NCBI GenBank assembly: GCA_963662315.1
Contig: OY759353.1
Location: 2,688,001-2,752,000, forward strand
Reading direction: 5' to 3'
Source: Geopsychrobacteraceae bacterium
Lineage (GTDB): Bacteria > Desulfobacterota > Desulfuromonadia > Desulfuromonadales > Geopsychrobacteraceae
Length of the DNA: 64,000 nucleotides
Under the pieces are notes generated by a model that had not been told where the DNA came from, did no database searches, and saw only the letters and a list, made by a program, of their open reading frames with translations. A program made the position numbers and the translations under genes. How positions within the stretch are numbered: position 1 is the first letter of the stretch; the number at the start of each line of letters is the position of its first letter. Shown here one piece after another: positions 10,158-20,879 of this stretch.

Positions 10158-12629
10158 TTATAACTTAACCGGTTCCACAATAATGGCAGGTTGGCCGGTA
10201 TAAATTTCATTCAAGCCCAGAGAACCGAAATGATAGGGGGCAAACAGCACACCTTTCGGCAGGCGACGATCAACTTTGACCTTGGCCTTAATCTCGCCAC
10301 CGGCAGCCTTAAGCTTAAGCATGTCGCCATCAACCAATTGCAGCTCATTGGCGTCTTCACGTCCGACTTCAATATAGGGCTCAGCGACAACAGCCAGAGG
10401 CCCCTTCGCGTGAGTGGAAACTGTACCACTATGATACAGAGCACTACCAACCAGAAGCTGATACGCCCCATCAATCGGATCTGCGCCAGCAACAGCAACC
10501 AGTTTACGGGTCACAGGTGCTAACGTTTCTCCACCCCAAACTTGCCCCTGCGCGCTAATCTCATTCAGCTTGATCCCGGCATAAGCAGGGGTTTCTGCGA
10601 CCAGAGCGGCAAACGCTTCAGCCGGTGTAGCAGGAGCCTGGACACCAAGAAGAGTCAGAAGCTCCTGGAAAATCGCAAAATCAGTTTTTACCTCACCCGG
10701 GGATTTGATCCCGACCCGCAGGCGCTGAATACGCCGTTCGGCATTGGTAAAGGTTCCATCCTTTTCAGCAAAAGAAGCTGCCGGCAGAATCACGTCAGCC
10801 TTTTTGGCGGTCTCATTCAGAAACATATCCTGGACAATCAAGAACGGTACCGTAAGTGCTTTATCAACCAGCTTCTTGTCAGGGTAAGAAACCAGCATAT
10901 CCTCACCAACAACATAAAGGGTCCTTATATCACCCGAGGCGGCAGCCTGGAGCAGTTGCTGAGCACCAAGACCGCCGGGACCCGGCATGATACCAAGATC
11001 AATTGCCCCCTGACTGTTGGCTTTTTCCCCGCAGAGGTAAAGCCCTGAGCCCGGGCGGCCGGCGATACCGGTCAACAACGCCAGATTAGCCGCTGCGGCC
11101 CCCAGTTGTTTACTGTACGCGGTATAAGGCAAACCGTAGGCCAGCAGAATTGCAGCATTCGCAGCTGTAGCCAATTCGCGAGCGGTTTTCTTGATGGCCT
11201 CAGCATCGGTACCTGCTGCCTTGGCGACTTTTTCCGGAGTAAAATTTTTCAGCGACTTCTTAAGCTCGTCTAGCCCCTCAAGCCCCTCACCCTTGACCAG
11301 GTCCTCGCTCAAAATCACCTGGCACAGGGCATTAAGCACATTCAACTCCATCCCCGGCTTGTGCAGCAGAGTTCTGGCATGAGGCAACTTGTCGAGCTTA
11401 CCCTTTTTGTCTGCAACAACAGAGAGCTGAGCTTCATTACGACGCACTGCCTGATTGACCACCATACCGAAAACCGGGTGGGTCTCATAAAAATCGGAAC
11501 GAATTGCCAGAATCGCGTTGCATTTTTCGACTTGTGGGAAGGTTGCCGTTGATGCTGCAATTCCCAGGACCTCTTGCACCCCTTCTGTCACCCCTTTGTA
11601 ACACTCACCACCTGAGTGATCGAGATTGCCAGTACCAAGAGCCTTGGCAATGTTCTTCGTCAGAAACAGTTCTTCATTGCTTAAGCGGGCACCGGTAATA
11701 ATTCCGACATTCTGCTCAGCGGACTTAAGATTGGCGACAACCGCATTGAGAGCCTCCTGCCAGGTCGACTCTTTGAGCTCACCGTTCACTCTGACCAAAG
11801 GCTTAGTAATACGTTCCTTGCTATTGACATAGGAATAACCGAAACGACCGCGAACACAAAGGTTACCATCGTTGACCCCTGTTTTATCGTTAAAGCGGAT
11901 CGTTTCAACTTCATTGTCCTTAACGCCAAGAGTGACGGTACAACCGTTACCACAATAACCACAAACGGAGTCAACTTCGGTCAACTGCCATGGGCGGGCC
12001 TTGAACTTGAATGGCCGTGGCAGAATAGCGCCAACCGGACAAAGAGAGACACATTGCCCGCAGAACTCGCAATTCAGCCCCCGGTCAAATGCAGTGGCAA
12101 TTTTGGTCTCGAAGCCACGATTGATAAACGAATACGATCCGAAGCCGACAACCTCGTCGCAAACACGGACACACTTACCGCACAGAACACAACGATTCAT
12201 ATTGCGTTCAATCAGAGGATTGACCTCATCTTTGGGAAGATCAAACTTCTCCCCTTTAAAACGGTTCGTAACGACCTCGTATTCGTAGGTCAGATCTTGC
12301 AGATCACATTCCCCGCCCTTATCGCAGACCGGGCAATCAACAACGTGATTAACCAGCAGGAATTCAAGAACGGTTTTACGAACCTTGCGAATTTCATCAG
12401 ACATGGTCGTAACGACCATCCCTTCTGTAACCGGAGTTGTACAGGACGGAATCAGACGTCCCTTCATCTGCTCTACTTCAACAAGACAGATTCGGCAAGC
12501 ACCGTAAGGAAGCAGTTTTTTTGCATAGCACAGCACCGGAATATAAATTCCGTTCTCCTTAGCCGCCTCGTAGATTGTAGACGTCTTGCTGGTAGTTATC
12601 TGTTTTCCGTCAATCGTCAGGTTAACCAT
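10158..12629 (-). CDS. nuoG: NADH-quinone oxidoreductase subunit G (long form with molybdopterin-oxidoreductase fold)
   Basis: N-terminal 2Fe-2S, HxxDCPVCDKGGECDLQ, two 4Fe-4S motifs and CGYCGNGC. Confidence 0.93.
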   Translation of the reverse strand: MVNLTIDGKQITTSKTSTIYEAAKENGIYIPVLCYAKKLLPYGACRICLVEVEQMKGRLIPSCTTPVTEGMVVTTMSDEIRKVRKTVLEFLLVNHVVDCPVCDKGGECDLQDLTYEYEVVTNRFKGEKFDLPKDEVNPLIERNMNRCVLCGKCVRVCDEVVGFGSYSFINRGFETKIATAFDRGLNCEFCGQCVSLCPVGAILPRPFKFKARPWQLTEVDSVCGYCGNGCTVTLGVKDNEVETIRFNDKTGVNDGNLCVRGRFGYSYVNSKERITKPLVRVNGELKESTWQEALNAVVANLKSAEQNVGIITGARLSNEELFLTKNIAKALGTGNLDHSGGECYKGVTEGVQEVLGIAASTATFPQVEKCNAILAIRSDFYETHPVFGMVVNQAVRRNEAQLSVVADKKGKLDKLPHARTLLHKPGMELNVLNALCQVILSEDLVKGEGLEGLDELKKSLKNFTPEKVAKAAGTDAEAIKKTARELATAANAAILLAYGLPYTAYSKQLGAAAANLALLTGIAGRPGSGLYLCGEKANSQGAIDLGIMPGPGGLGAQQLLQAAASGDIRTLYVVGEDMLVSYPDKKLVDKALTVPFLIVQDMFLNETAKKADVILPAASFAEKDGTFTNAERRIQRLRVGIKSPGEVKTDFAIFQELLTLLGVQAPATPAEAFAALVAETPAYAGIKLNEISAQGQVWGGETLAPVTRKLVAVAGADPIDGAYQLLVGSALYHSGTVSTHAKGPLAVVAEPYIEVGREDANELQLVDGDMLKLKAAGGEIKAKVKVDRRLPKGVLFAPYHFGSLGLNEIYTGQPAIIVEPVKL

Positions 12630-12662
12630 CTTGACCTCGTATAGCTTCAGCAGTGTATGCGT

Positions 12663-14444
12663 TTACTCAATAGCCATAAAGCGGCAGGCATCGTAACAGG
12701 ATGTACACCTGGTGCATTTGTTCAGATCGATGGATGCGACCTGCCCTTTTTCCCAGGTAATGGCATCTACCGGACAGACCTTAGGACACATACCGCATTT
12801 CTTACATTTATCTTCAACAACCCGGAAATGAAGCAGCGGTTTACAGGAGTGAGATGGACATTCCTTCTCCTTGATGTGTGCTTCATATTCATGTCGGAAA
12901 TAGCGAATCGTTGACAGAACCGGATTCGGCGCCGTCTGCCCCAGACCACACAGCGAACTTTTCTTGATATCGTAGGCCATATCCTGCAGCAGTTCGATGT
13001 CCCCTTCACGACCTTCACCGGCACAGATTCGCTCGAGGATCTCAAGCATGATCTTCAGACCAATACGGCAGGGAATACACTTGCCACACGACTCGACCCG
13101 GGTAAAGTTCAAGAAGAAGCGAGCAATATCAACCATACAGGTGGTCTCGTCCATAACAACCAGACCACCGGAACCCATCATCGCGCCGGCTTTGATCAGA
13201 GAATCATAGTCGACCTCTGCATCCAGAGCCTCAGCGGGCAGGCAACCGCCGGAAGGACCACCGGCCTGAACCGCCTTGAATTTGCGGTTATTGAGAATTC
13301 CACCACAAACATCGTAAATGACTTCCTTCATGGTGGTCCCGGCCGGGACCTCAACCAGGCCAGTATGTTTGACTTTGCCGGTCAAAGCAAAAATCTTGGT
13401 CCCCTTGGTCCCTTCGGTTCCGATGGAGGAATACCAGTCGGCACCGTTGTAGAAGATATAGGCGACGTTGGCATAGGTTTCAACATTGTTGATATTGGTC
13501 GGCTTGCCCCACAAACCACGCACAGCTGGAAACGGCGGACGCGGACGGGACATGCCCCGTTGCCCCTCAATCGAGGCCATCAGCGCGGTTTCCTCGCCAC
13601 AGACGAAAGCGCCGGCTCCGGCCTTGATCCGCACATCCAGATCAAAACCCAGCCCCATGCAGTTCTTGCCAAGGAAACCTTTTTCGTAGCAGGTATCAAT
13701 CGCCAGCTGCAGTCGCTTAATCGCCAGGGGATATTCAGCACGGACATAGACATAGGCAAAGCTACAGCCGATGGCATAAGCACCGATCATCATCCCCTCA
13801 ATCAGGCCATAGGGGTCCCCTTCAAGAACCGAGCGGTCCATAAACGCGCCCGGATCACCTTCGTCGGCATTACAGATCAGATATTTCTCTGTTCCGGCAG
13901 AGGCCCTGGCAAAGGTCCACTTCATTCCGGTCGGAAAGCCACCGCCCCCACGCCCGCGCAGACCAGACTTTTTGACTTCCTGAATAACTTCATCAGGAGT
14001 CATGGTGACTGCTTTTTTAATCCCTTTAAAGCCATTGTGAGCAAGAAAATCATCAAGACTTTCAGCATCAATGGTTCCGCAACGCGAAAAGATTATACGC
14101 TGCTGTTTTTCCAGGAACTTATGGTAATAAGGACCTGCCACTTTCTTTTCGACCGGTCCCTCACCCAGGATATGCTCTTCAACAATCTGGGGAACCAGCT
14201 CGGGAGTAACAAAGTCATAGGTAACAGCTTCTTTGCCCGGCATGCAGACATCGACAAGCACATCGTTGGCACACAGACCGCGGCACCCGGTTCCGTTGAT
14301 ATCACAAGCATTACCAATTTTTCCGGTAACCCCATGCTTTTCGAACTCAGCCTCAAACGCCTTTACGACATCAGCCGCACCGGACGCCAAACCACCGGTT
14401 CCCGTACACACCAGAATTTTCAAATTTTCAGCAGTTTCGGACAT
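12663..14444 (-). CDS. nuoF: NADH-quinone oxidoreductase subunit F, long HydB-like architecture (593 aa)
   Basis: GLRGRGGGGFPTG, NADEGDPGAFMDR, ESCGKCIPCR; extra N-terminal thioredoxin-like Fe-S domain and C-terminal 2x[4Fe-4S]; start MSETAE at 14444 after AAGGA. Confidence 0.93.
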   Translation of the reverse strand: MSETAENLKILVCTGTGGLASGAADVVKAFEAEFEKHGVTGKIGNACDINGTGCRGLCANDVLVDVCMPGKEAVTYDFVTPELVPQIVEEHILGEGPVEKKVAGPYYHKFLEKQQRIIFSRCGTIDAESLDDFLAHNGFKGIKKAVTMTPDEVIQEVKKSGLRGRGGGGFPTGMKWTFARASAGTEKYLICNADEGDPGAFMDRSVLEGDPYGLIEGMMIGAYAIGCSFAYVYVRAEYPLAIKRLQLAIDTCYEKGFLGKNCMGLGFDLDVRIKAGAGAFVCGEETALMASIEGQRGMSRPRPPFPAVRGLWGKPTNINNVETYANVAYIFYNGADWYSSIGTEGTKGTKIFALTGKVKHTGLVEVPAGTTMKEVIYDVCGGILNNRKFKAVQAGGPSGGCLPAEALDAEVDYDSLIKAGAMMGSGGLVVMDETTCMVDIARFFLNFTRVESCGKCIPCRIGLKIMLEILERICAGEGREGDIELLQDMAYDIKKSSLCGLGQTAPNPVLSTIRYFRHEYEAHIKEKECPSHSCKPLLHFRVVEDKCKKCGMCPKVCPVDAITWEKGQVASIDLNKCTRCTSCYDACRFMAIE

Positions 14445-14484
14445 AAAGCATTCCTTGCTATCTGCGTATGGTATAAGACCAGAA

Positions 14485-14988
14485 TCAGTCCATTTCCTTG
14501 TACTTAGCAATAACCTCGTCCATCTTCTGGACCGTCATACTGCCATAAGTCGAATCGTTAACCATGATAACCGGTGCCATGCCGCAAGCGCCGATACAGG
14601 CGACATATTCAGCTGTAAACTTAAGATCGGGAGTGGTCTCTGCATGGGCTATGCCCAGACGATCCTTGAGCGTATCACCGATACGACCAGCTCCTTTGAC
14701 GTGACAGGCCGTCCCCATACAGACCCGTACAATATATTTCCCTCGTGGTTTCAGGTGGAACTGAGCATAAAAGGTCAAAACCCCATAGATCTGACTTGGG
14801 TACACATTCAGACGCTCAGCTGCCAGGAAAACAGTCTCTTCAGGAACATAGCCATAAGCTTCCTGAATACCCTGCAACACAGGCATCAGATTGCCATGCA
14901 TATCCAGGTACTTATCGATAACCTCATTGGCAGCGGTCAAATCGACTTCTTGCTCCTGATTTTGCACTTGTGCGGCGTTTTCAGTCAT
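14485..14988 (-). CDS. nuoE: NADH-quinone oxidoreductase subunit E
   Basis: CMGTAC...CIGAC 2Fe-2S motif. Confidence 0.95.
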   Translation of the reverse strand: MTENAAQVQNQEQEVDLTAANEVIDKYLDMHGNLMPVLQGIQEAYGYVPEETVFLAAERLNVYPSQIYGVLTFYAQFHLKPRGKYIVRVCMGTACHVKGAGRIGDTLKDRLGIAHAETTPDLKFTAEYVACIGACGMAPVIMVNDSTYGSMTVQKMDEVIAKYKEMD

Positions 14989-15014
14989 AATGTCCTCTTA
15001 AACACTACGAATTA

Positions 15015-16199
15015 TTAACGATCGATCTCGCCGAGCACGATATCGAGAGTACCGATTACAGCAATAACATCGGCCAGCAGACGCCCTTCGACCATTTGTG
15101 GAAGAGCCTGCAGATTGACAAAAGACGGCGGACGGATTCTCATGCGATAAGGATGCGCCGACCCATCGGAAACCAGGTAGTAGCCCAGCTCCCCTTTAGG
15201 GGCTTCAACACTTTGATAAATCTCGCCGGGCTCAGGCTTAAACCCTTCCGTGATAATTTTGAAGTGATGGATCAGACCTTCAATGGAATTCACAACATCT
15301 TTTTTGGGTGGCAAGACTATTTTCGGACAATCGGCCAGAATCGGTCCCGCCTTAAGCTTATCGAGAGCCTGCAGAATGATGCGACTGGATTGGCGCATTT
15401 CATCAAGACGCACTTTGTAACGGGCAAAGGTATCCCCTTCTTCACGGACCGGCACGTCAAAATCATACTCTTCGTAACCACTGTAGGGATTATCACGACG
15501 CAAGTCCCAATCAATTCCTGACCCACGCAGAGCCGGACCGGTAATCCCGATATCAATCGCGGCCTCTGCGCTGATGTGGCCAACGCCCATGGTCCGCTTT
15601 TGCCAGATCTTGTTGCCAGTCAGCAGTCCCTCATACTCATCGATATGGGCAGGCATCGATTCCGCAAAGGAGCGAATCTCCTGTTCAAGGCCATCAGGAA
15701 AGTCGGCGGACAAGCCGCCAACACGGAAATAACTTGACGTCATCCGCGCTCCGGAAACCTTTTCATAGATATCCATGACACATTCACGCTCACGGAAACA
15801 GTAAAGGAAAACGGTCATGGCGCCGATATCGAGGGCATGACAGGCCAACCACACCAGGTGACTTTTAAGGCGGGTCAACTCGGCCATGATCACGCGGATA
15901 CGCTGGGCACGTTCTGGAATTTGATCAGTGATGCCCAGTAGCTTTTCAACAGCGAGAACATACCCGAGGTTATTACTCATAGGTGCCAGGTAATCCAGGC
16001 GGTCAGTCAACGGAATAACCTGATGATAGGTACGATGCTCGGACAGTTTCTCAATGCCACGGTGAAGGAAACCGATATGCGGGGTGGCTTTTTTGACGAT
16101 CTCGCCATCGAGCTCAAGGATCAACTGAAGCACCCCGTGCGTGGATGGATGCTGGGGCCCCATGTTGATGGTCATTGTTTCGGTGGTATTTGCTGCCAT
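15015..16199 (-). CDS. nuoD: NADH-quinone oxidoreductase subunit D
   Basis: NMGPQHPSTHGVL at the N-terminus; ends DIVLGEIDR. Confidence 0.97.
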   Translation of the reverse strand: MAANTTETMTINMGPQHPSTHGVLQLILELDGEIVKKATPHIGFLHRGIEKLSEHRTYHQVIPLTDRLDYLAPMSNNLGYVLAVEKLLGITDQIPERAQRIRVIMAELTRLKSHLVWLACHALDIGAMTVFLYCFRERECVMDIYEKVSGARMTSSYFRVGGLSADFPDGLEQEIRSFAESMPAHIDEYEGLLTGNKIWQKRTMGVGHISAEAAIDIGITGPALRGSGIDWDLRRDNPYSGYEEYDFDVPVREEGDTFARYKVRLDEMRQSSRIILQALDKLKAGPILADCPKIVLPPKKDVVNSIEGLIHHFKIITEGFKPEPGEIYQSVEAPKGELGYYLVSDGSAHPYRMRIRPPSFVNLQALPQMVEGRLLADVIAVIGTLDIVLGEIDR

Positions 16200-16236
16200 T
16201 TTATGCCTCGTCCTAAAAAGGATTATCTATAAAACG

Positions 16237-16719
16237 TTATGAGAGCCGACCTTTATAAGGCTCGCGATCAGGACCCTGAACCGGATAGTCCTTACGCAAT
16301 GGGTGTCCTTCCCAATCGACAGGCATAAGGATGCGACGCGGATCAGGATGATTATTAAAAGAAATCCCCATCAGGTCCCATACCTCACGCTCCAGCCAGT
16401 TGGCGGTACCCCAGATACCGGAAACCGTATCGATAGTCGCATCGGCCTCTTCAAGCGGAGCCTTGATCCGAAAACGTTCTTTGGTGGCAATATTGTAAAG
16501 GTTATACACCACCATGTAGCGCGGAGCCTGCCCCATATAATCAACAGAGCAAAGGTCACAAAGGAGATTGTAGCCACACGCTGCTTTCATAAAAGCGCAG
16601 ATATCGACAATCCGCTCCTTTTTAACGATCACGGTTGTCTCACCGCGAAACTCGACAACATCGATAATTTCAGCTGAGAACCGGGACTTTAACTTTTCAA
16701 CAATCATTTGATCGCTCAT
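16237..16719 (-). CDS. nuoC: NADH-quinone oxidoreductase subunit C
   Basis: EREVWDLMGI...GHPLRKDYP. Confidence 0.96.
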   Translation of the reverse strand: MSDQMIVEKLKSRFSAEIIDVVEFRGETTVIVKKERIVDICAFMKAACGYNLLCDLCSVDYMGQAPRYMVVYNLYNIATKERFRIKAPLEEADATIDTVSGIWGTANWLEREVWDLMGISFNNHPDPRRILMPVDWEGHPLRKDYPVQGPDREPYKGRLS

Positions 16720-16748
16720 TGATTTTTCCCTGTCATGCTAACGCCTTA

Positions 16749-17264
16749 TCAGGCATCACGGATAACGTCACCAACGCCGATTGCAGCACCAAAAGTATTA
16801 CGCTCCCTCTTGATCTTTTCCTGAAGCTTCATCAGCCCATAAAGAAGACCTTCTGGCCGCGGCGGACAACCCGGAATATAAACATCAACGGGCAGCGCCT
16901 CATCGATACCTTGCACAGTACTGTAAGTATCGAAAATTCCTCCTGAGGACGCACAGGCACCCATAGCAATAACGTAGCGGGGTTCAGGCATCTGCTCATA
17001 AACTGTCTTGATAACCGGAAGCATCTTCTTGGTAACAGTTCCTGCAATAATGATGACATCGGCCTGACGCGGTGACGCTCGGAACAGAATCCCCATCCGG
17101 TCAAGGTCAAAACGCGCCGCACCGGTTGCCATCATCTCAATGGCACAGCAGGCAAGGCCAAAAGTCATCGGCCACATAGAACTGGCACGCGACCAGTTGA
17201 CCAGCTTATCCAGACTTGTCGTGATAAACCCGCTACCAAGCGTTTTGGGTTGATCTACTCCCAT
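16749..17264 (-). CDS. nuoB: NADH-quinone oxidoreductase subunit B
   Basis: [10 protein letters not shown] and GCPPRPE; start MGVDQP overlaps the nuoA 3' end. Confidence 0.96.
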   Translation of the reverse strand: MGVDQPKTLGSGFITTSLDKLVNWSRASSMWPMTFGLACCAIEMMATGAARFDLDRMGILFRASPRQADVIIIAGTVTKKMLPVIKTVYEQMPEPRYVIAMGACASSGGIFDTYSTVQGIDEALPVDVYIPGCPPRPEGLLYGLMKLQEKIKRERNTFGAAIGVGDVIRDA

Positions 17265-17611
17265 TCCAGAGCTCCTTTTTTCCACACGTAAATAAAGCCG
17301 ACAAGAAGAATGATGATGAATACTCCCATTTCGACAAAGCCAAAGATCCCCAACCGCTTGAACAAAATGGCCCAAGGATAAAGGAATACCGCTTCAATAT
17401 CGAAGAGTATGAAGAGCATCGCGATAATATAGAATTTGATTGAGAAACGTTCTTGCGCAGAGCCGATGAGAGGCATCCCACATTCGTAAGGAGCCAGCTT
17501 GACTTCACTCGGTTTTTTGACACCGACAAGCCGGGACATAATCACTGAACCGGCAGCAAAAGCGAAAGCGATGCCGATAACAACCAAAATCGGCAAATAA
17601 GTATCCAGCAT
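17255..17611 (-). CDS. nuoA: NADH-quinone oxidoreductase subunit A
   Basis: PYECG, FILFDIE and WKKGALEWE motifs; start MLDTYLP after AAGGAG. Confidence 0.96.
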   Translation of the reverse strand: MLDTYLPILVVIGIAFAFAAGSVIMSRLVGVKKPSEVKLAPYECGMPLIGSAQERFSIKFYIIAMLFILFDIEAVFLYPWAILFKRLGIFGFVEMGVFIIILLVGFIYVWKKGALEWE

Positions 17612-17732
17612 AAAACTGCTCCTTCCAAATGAAGAATTTTTCCTTCTTGCTAGGTCAAAACACTGAATAAAACATGTCACAGCGAGTCGAAAATTAGGAT
17701 ACTTACGACCACCATGTCAAGCAAAAAATACA

Positions 17733-17747
17733 GTATACAGTATGCAA
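17733..17747. promoter_or_regulatory. GTATAC-N-(G/A)TATAC-type operator upstream of nuoA (HgtR-like site)
   Basis: GTATACAGTATGCAA just upstream of a minus-strand TTGCTTGACA...TATCCT promoter-like segment; near-identical copies at 45930 and 47824. Confidence 0.6.
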
Positions 17748-17984
17748 TTAACCCGACTAAATAAGTAGTGGTTTAACACAAAATCACTTAAGTCTTAAGA
17801 CCTTAGATCAGCACAAAAGCGCAATATATCTATTTCCAGATATATTAAAATCATTTTCAATCGGAAAGAAAACGGCGTTATATTTCAATTCAATACATTA
17901 CAAAAGCATTGCCAAGACGAGCAGCAAACCTGCAGTTGATGTCCAACCGCAAAATAAACTCTCTCTATAAGAACTGCATTATCC

Positions 17985-18014
17985 CGCTAGAGAGGATGAA
18001 CATCCCCTCTAGCG
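17985..18014. terminator. Hairpin between hslO and the nuo promoter
   Basis: cgctagagaggatg-aa-catcccctctagcg imperfect inverted repeat. Confidence 0.5.
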
Positions 18015-18080
18015 AAACTAGATATGTGTCTATTTTACACATCAAATAAAAATTTATTTAAAAAAAAGAATTATTTTTTG

Positions 18081-18956
18081 CTAAGAAATAGAATCAAGAA
18101 TGGTTTTCAATTCTATCTGGTTAAAATGATACACCTTACGGCAGTATCCACAGGCCACTTCGACAATTTCCTGTTCGTCAGCCAGTGATTGCAATTCTTC
18201 CCGGCCAAGGCTGATCAGCATGGCCTCGATCTGGCTTTTCTGGCAAGGACAGAAAAAGCTCAAAGGCGTTTGTTCCTGGACGACAAAATCAACCTCACCA
18301 AACAGATTTTCTGCAATAGCCAGAGGAGTCATGCCATTGCGTAACAGTGTCGTTACCGGTGGCAGCCCGTTGATACGTTCGATCATTCTTTCAACCTGAC
18401 CGGCATCTCCCGGTGGCAAAGCCTGGACCATAAAACCACCAGCAGCGGCCACCAATCCATCCATATCAAGCTCAACACCAAGCCCAAGGCAAGAAGGAAC
18501 CTGCTCTGAAGTGGTAAGATACCAGGCGATATCCTCTGCGACTTCACTACTTTGTAACTGAACCATGCTCTGATAAGGGGTCTTCAACCCCATGTCTTTC
18601 CAGACATGCAAAAAACCGGCTTTGCCGATAGCTCCGGCAACATCAAATCGTTCACCTTTGGGCGGCAGACCGGCAACCGGCTGAGCAATTGTCCCCCGTA
18701 CCCGCCCGTTTGCATCCGCCTCAACACTTAATTTGCGTAACGGTCCGCTCCCTTCGATCATCAATGCCAGGCGCTGGTTCCCCTTAAGCAAGCATCCTAG
18801 AATTGCACCACCGGTCAACAGACGCCCCAAAGCAACGGTTGCTGTTAAATCGGTCTGTTGAGCCGCCGTAATTTCCTTAACCAGTTGCGCAGTATCTGCG
18901 ACAACCCCGCGCAACAACCCATCTTTACTGACAACCCTAACCAGATGGTCTTTCAT
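18081..18956 (-). CDS. hslO: Hsp33 redox-regulated chaperone
   Basis: SEQVPS segment and C-terminal CPC...CGYC zinc motif. Confidence 0.92.
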   Translation of the reverse strand: MKDHLVRVVSKDGLLRGVVADTAQLVKEITAAQQTDLTATVALGRLLTGGAILGCLLKGNQRLALMIEGSGPLRKLSVEADANGRVRGTIAQPVAGLPPKGERFDVAGAIGKAGFLHVWKDMGLKTPYQSMVQLQSSEVAEDIAWYLTTSEQVPSCLGLGVELDMDGLVAAAGGFMVQALPPGDAGQVERMIERINGLPPVTTLLRNGMTPLAIAENLFGEVDFVVQEQTPLSFFCPCQKSQIEAMLISLGREELQSLADEQEIVEVACGYCRKVYHFNQIELKTILDSIS

Positions 18957-19034
18957 AAACTCACACCTCAAACAAAAAAATAGATATAGATCTGGACCGG
19001 CCAGATAGTACTCGAACAGTTTCCACAGTGGATT

Positions 19035-19814
19035 CTATTGCCGTAGCCGATAACCACTGCCAATCATGTAAGCAGCACGTAAAAACAATACCGTGGCCAT
19101 CAATAAACTGACGCCAAATGCTACCGCGAAGCGGGTATCCCCAACTCCGATGATGGCATGGCGGAAACCATCGATAAGATAGAAAAGCGGGTTCAGATAT
19201 GACAACTGATTCCACGGCGCCGGCAATATCGAAATGGGATAAAACACCCCACCCAGGTAAATCAGTGGCGAGATCAGAAAATTTGTAAACATCGCTAACG
19301 TATCAAAATTATGTGCATATATAGCTGCAATAAGACCAAATTGGGCAAACATAAAACTGGCGATCATTGCCATCAGAATAGCCAAGAACGGATGCGCCCA
19401 AGGCAATGAAGCGAAAAAGGTCGATATCAGCCACACAACCACTCCAACCAGCATCCCCCGAATCATAGCTGCCAAAGTATAGGCAAGGATAAATTGAGGA
19501 GGACTGACCGGGGCAACCAGCAGGTCAACAATCCCTCCCAGGTAGCGAGACACAAACAGGGACGAAGAGGTATTGGCAAACGAGTTGTTGATCACTCCCA
19601 TAATGATCAGTCCCGGAATGACAAATTGTGCGTAACTGAATCCGTCAAGAACACTTAACCGCTGGCCAAGAGTCGCGCCAAACACAAACAGATACAGGGA
19701 GGCCGTGACGATCGGGGTAAGAATTGTCTGCCGCGCAACACGCCAGAAGCGCAATACTTCTTTGCGAAACAAAGTAAAAAATGGCAGCCAGGCGTAATAA
19801 TCAGGGGATTTCAT
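19035..19814 (-). CDS. ABC-2 type transporter permease (YadH-like)
   Basis: Six-TM ABC-2 pattern; LNPLFYLIDGFR. Confidence 0.88.
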   Translation of the reverse strand: MKSPDYYAWLPFFTLFRKEVLRFWRVARQTILTPIVTASLYLFVFGATLGQRLSVLDGFSYAQFVIPGLIIMGVINNSFANTSSSLFVSRYLGGIVDLLVAPVSPPQFILAYTLAAMIRGMLVGVVVWLISTFFASLPWAHPFLAILMAMIASFMFAQFGLIAAIYAHNFDTLAMFTNFLISPLIYLGGVFYPISILPAPWNQLSYLNPLFYLIDGFRHAIIGVGDTRFAVAFGVSLLMATVLFLRAAYMIGSGYRLRQ

Positions 19815-20737
19815 TGCAGCCTCCCACTATGACCGTTACCGGTCAAATGGATAAAAACATCTTCCAGACCGCTCTGATCGGTTTCAAAATCGCGAATTGG
19901 CAATCCACAATCACTGATAAGCCGTAGCAAGTTACCAGCACTCTCCCCCTTAGGCAACGACAGCAGCAGTTCGATTTTATCATTCTTAAGCTGCGGAGAA
20001 TAGGGACCAAAAGCTTCAGGAATTGTGCTCAAAGGCTGCTCAAACCACAGCCGTATCTGGCGATTGGACAATCGTCTGACCAATTCATGGGTACGTTCAA
20101 GAGCAACAATATCACCATGATTCATAATCGCGATGCGATCGCACATTTCTTCAGCTTCTTCAAGATAATGGGTGGTCAAAAGAATTGACGTCCCATTGTG
20201 ATTGATCTCGCGGACAAAGTCCCACAGACTGTGCCGCAGCTCGACATCTACGCCTGCAGTCGGCTCATCCAGTATCAGTAATCGTGGACGATGGATCAAA
20301 GCCTTGGCAATCATGAAACGACGCTTCATCCCGCCGGATAATTTAATCATGGTCTTATCCAGATGAGGACCAAGATCGAGCCGTTCAATCAACAGCTTCC
20401 GCCACTTTTCATCATCGCGCACCCCGTAGAAACCTGAGTGCAGTTTGAGAGCCTGCCCGATAGTAAAAAAATTATCGGTCACAATCTCCTGGTGCACGAC
20501 TCCAAGCAACCTGCGAGTGTGCCGATATTCTCTTTGATTATCATAGCCAAACGCGGTGATGGTCCCAGAATCGATGCGACATACCCCGGCAATCATATTG
20601 ATCGTGGTACTTTTACCGGCACCGTTAGGACCGAGCAGGCCAAAGATTTCTCCCTCTTTGATGGAAAAACTGATCTCCTTGACAGCATCTTTCCCATCGA
20701 AGGTCTTCTTAATATTTTTTATTGTTAAGGCATCCAT
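19811..20737 (-). CDS. ABC transporter ATP-binding protein (YadG-like)
   Basis: GPNGAGKST, LSGGMKRR, LDEPT. Confidence 0.92.
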   Translation of the reverse strand: MDALTIKNIKKTFDGKDAVKEISFSIKEGEIFGLLGPNGAGKSTTINMIAGVCRIDSGTITAFGYDNQREYRHTRRLLGVVHQEIVTDNFFTIGQALKLHSGFYGVRDDEKWRKLLIERLDLGPHLDKTMIKLSGGMKRRFMIAKALIHRPRLLILDEPTAGVDVELRHSLWDFVREINHNGTSILLTTHYLEEAEEMCDRIAIMNHGDIVALERTHELVRRLSNRQIRLWFEQPLSTIPEAFGPYSPQLKNDKIELLLSLPKGESAGNLLRLISDCGLPIRDFETDQSGLEDVFIHLTGNGHSGRLQ

Positions 20738-20879
20738 GGCGCGACTATACAGCCAGAAATGTTGGCTGGCAAGAAATCAAGATCCAGATATTAACCAGCG
20801 ACCAGCTTACCCATCTTGACTTCGCTGCTCACCAGGGTGAAACTACGACCATATCAAAATTACTTATAACGAGTCTACT

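Noticed and set aside
13365..14507. 380-aa plus-strand ORF
   Set aside because: Antisense shadow of nuoF with no recognisable motifs.
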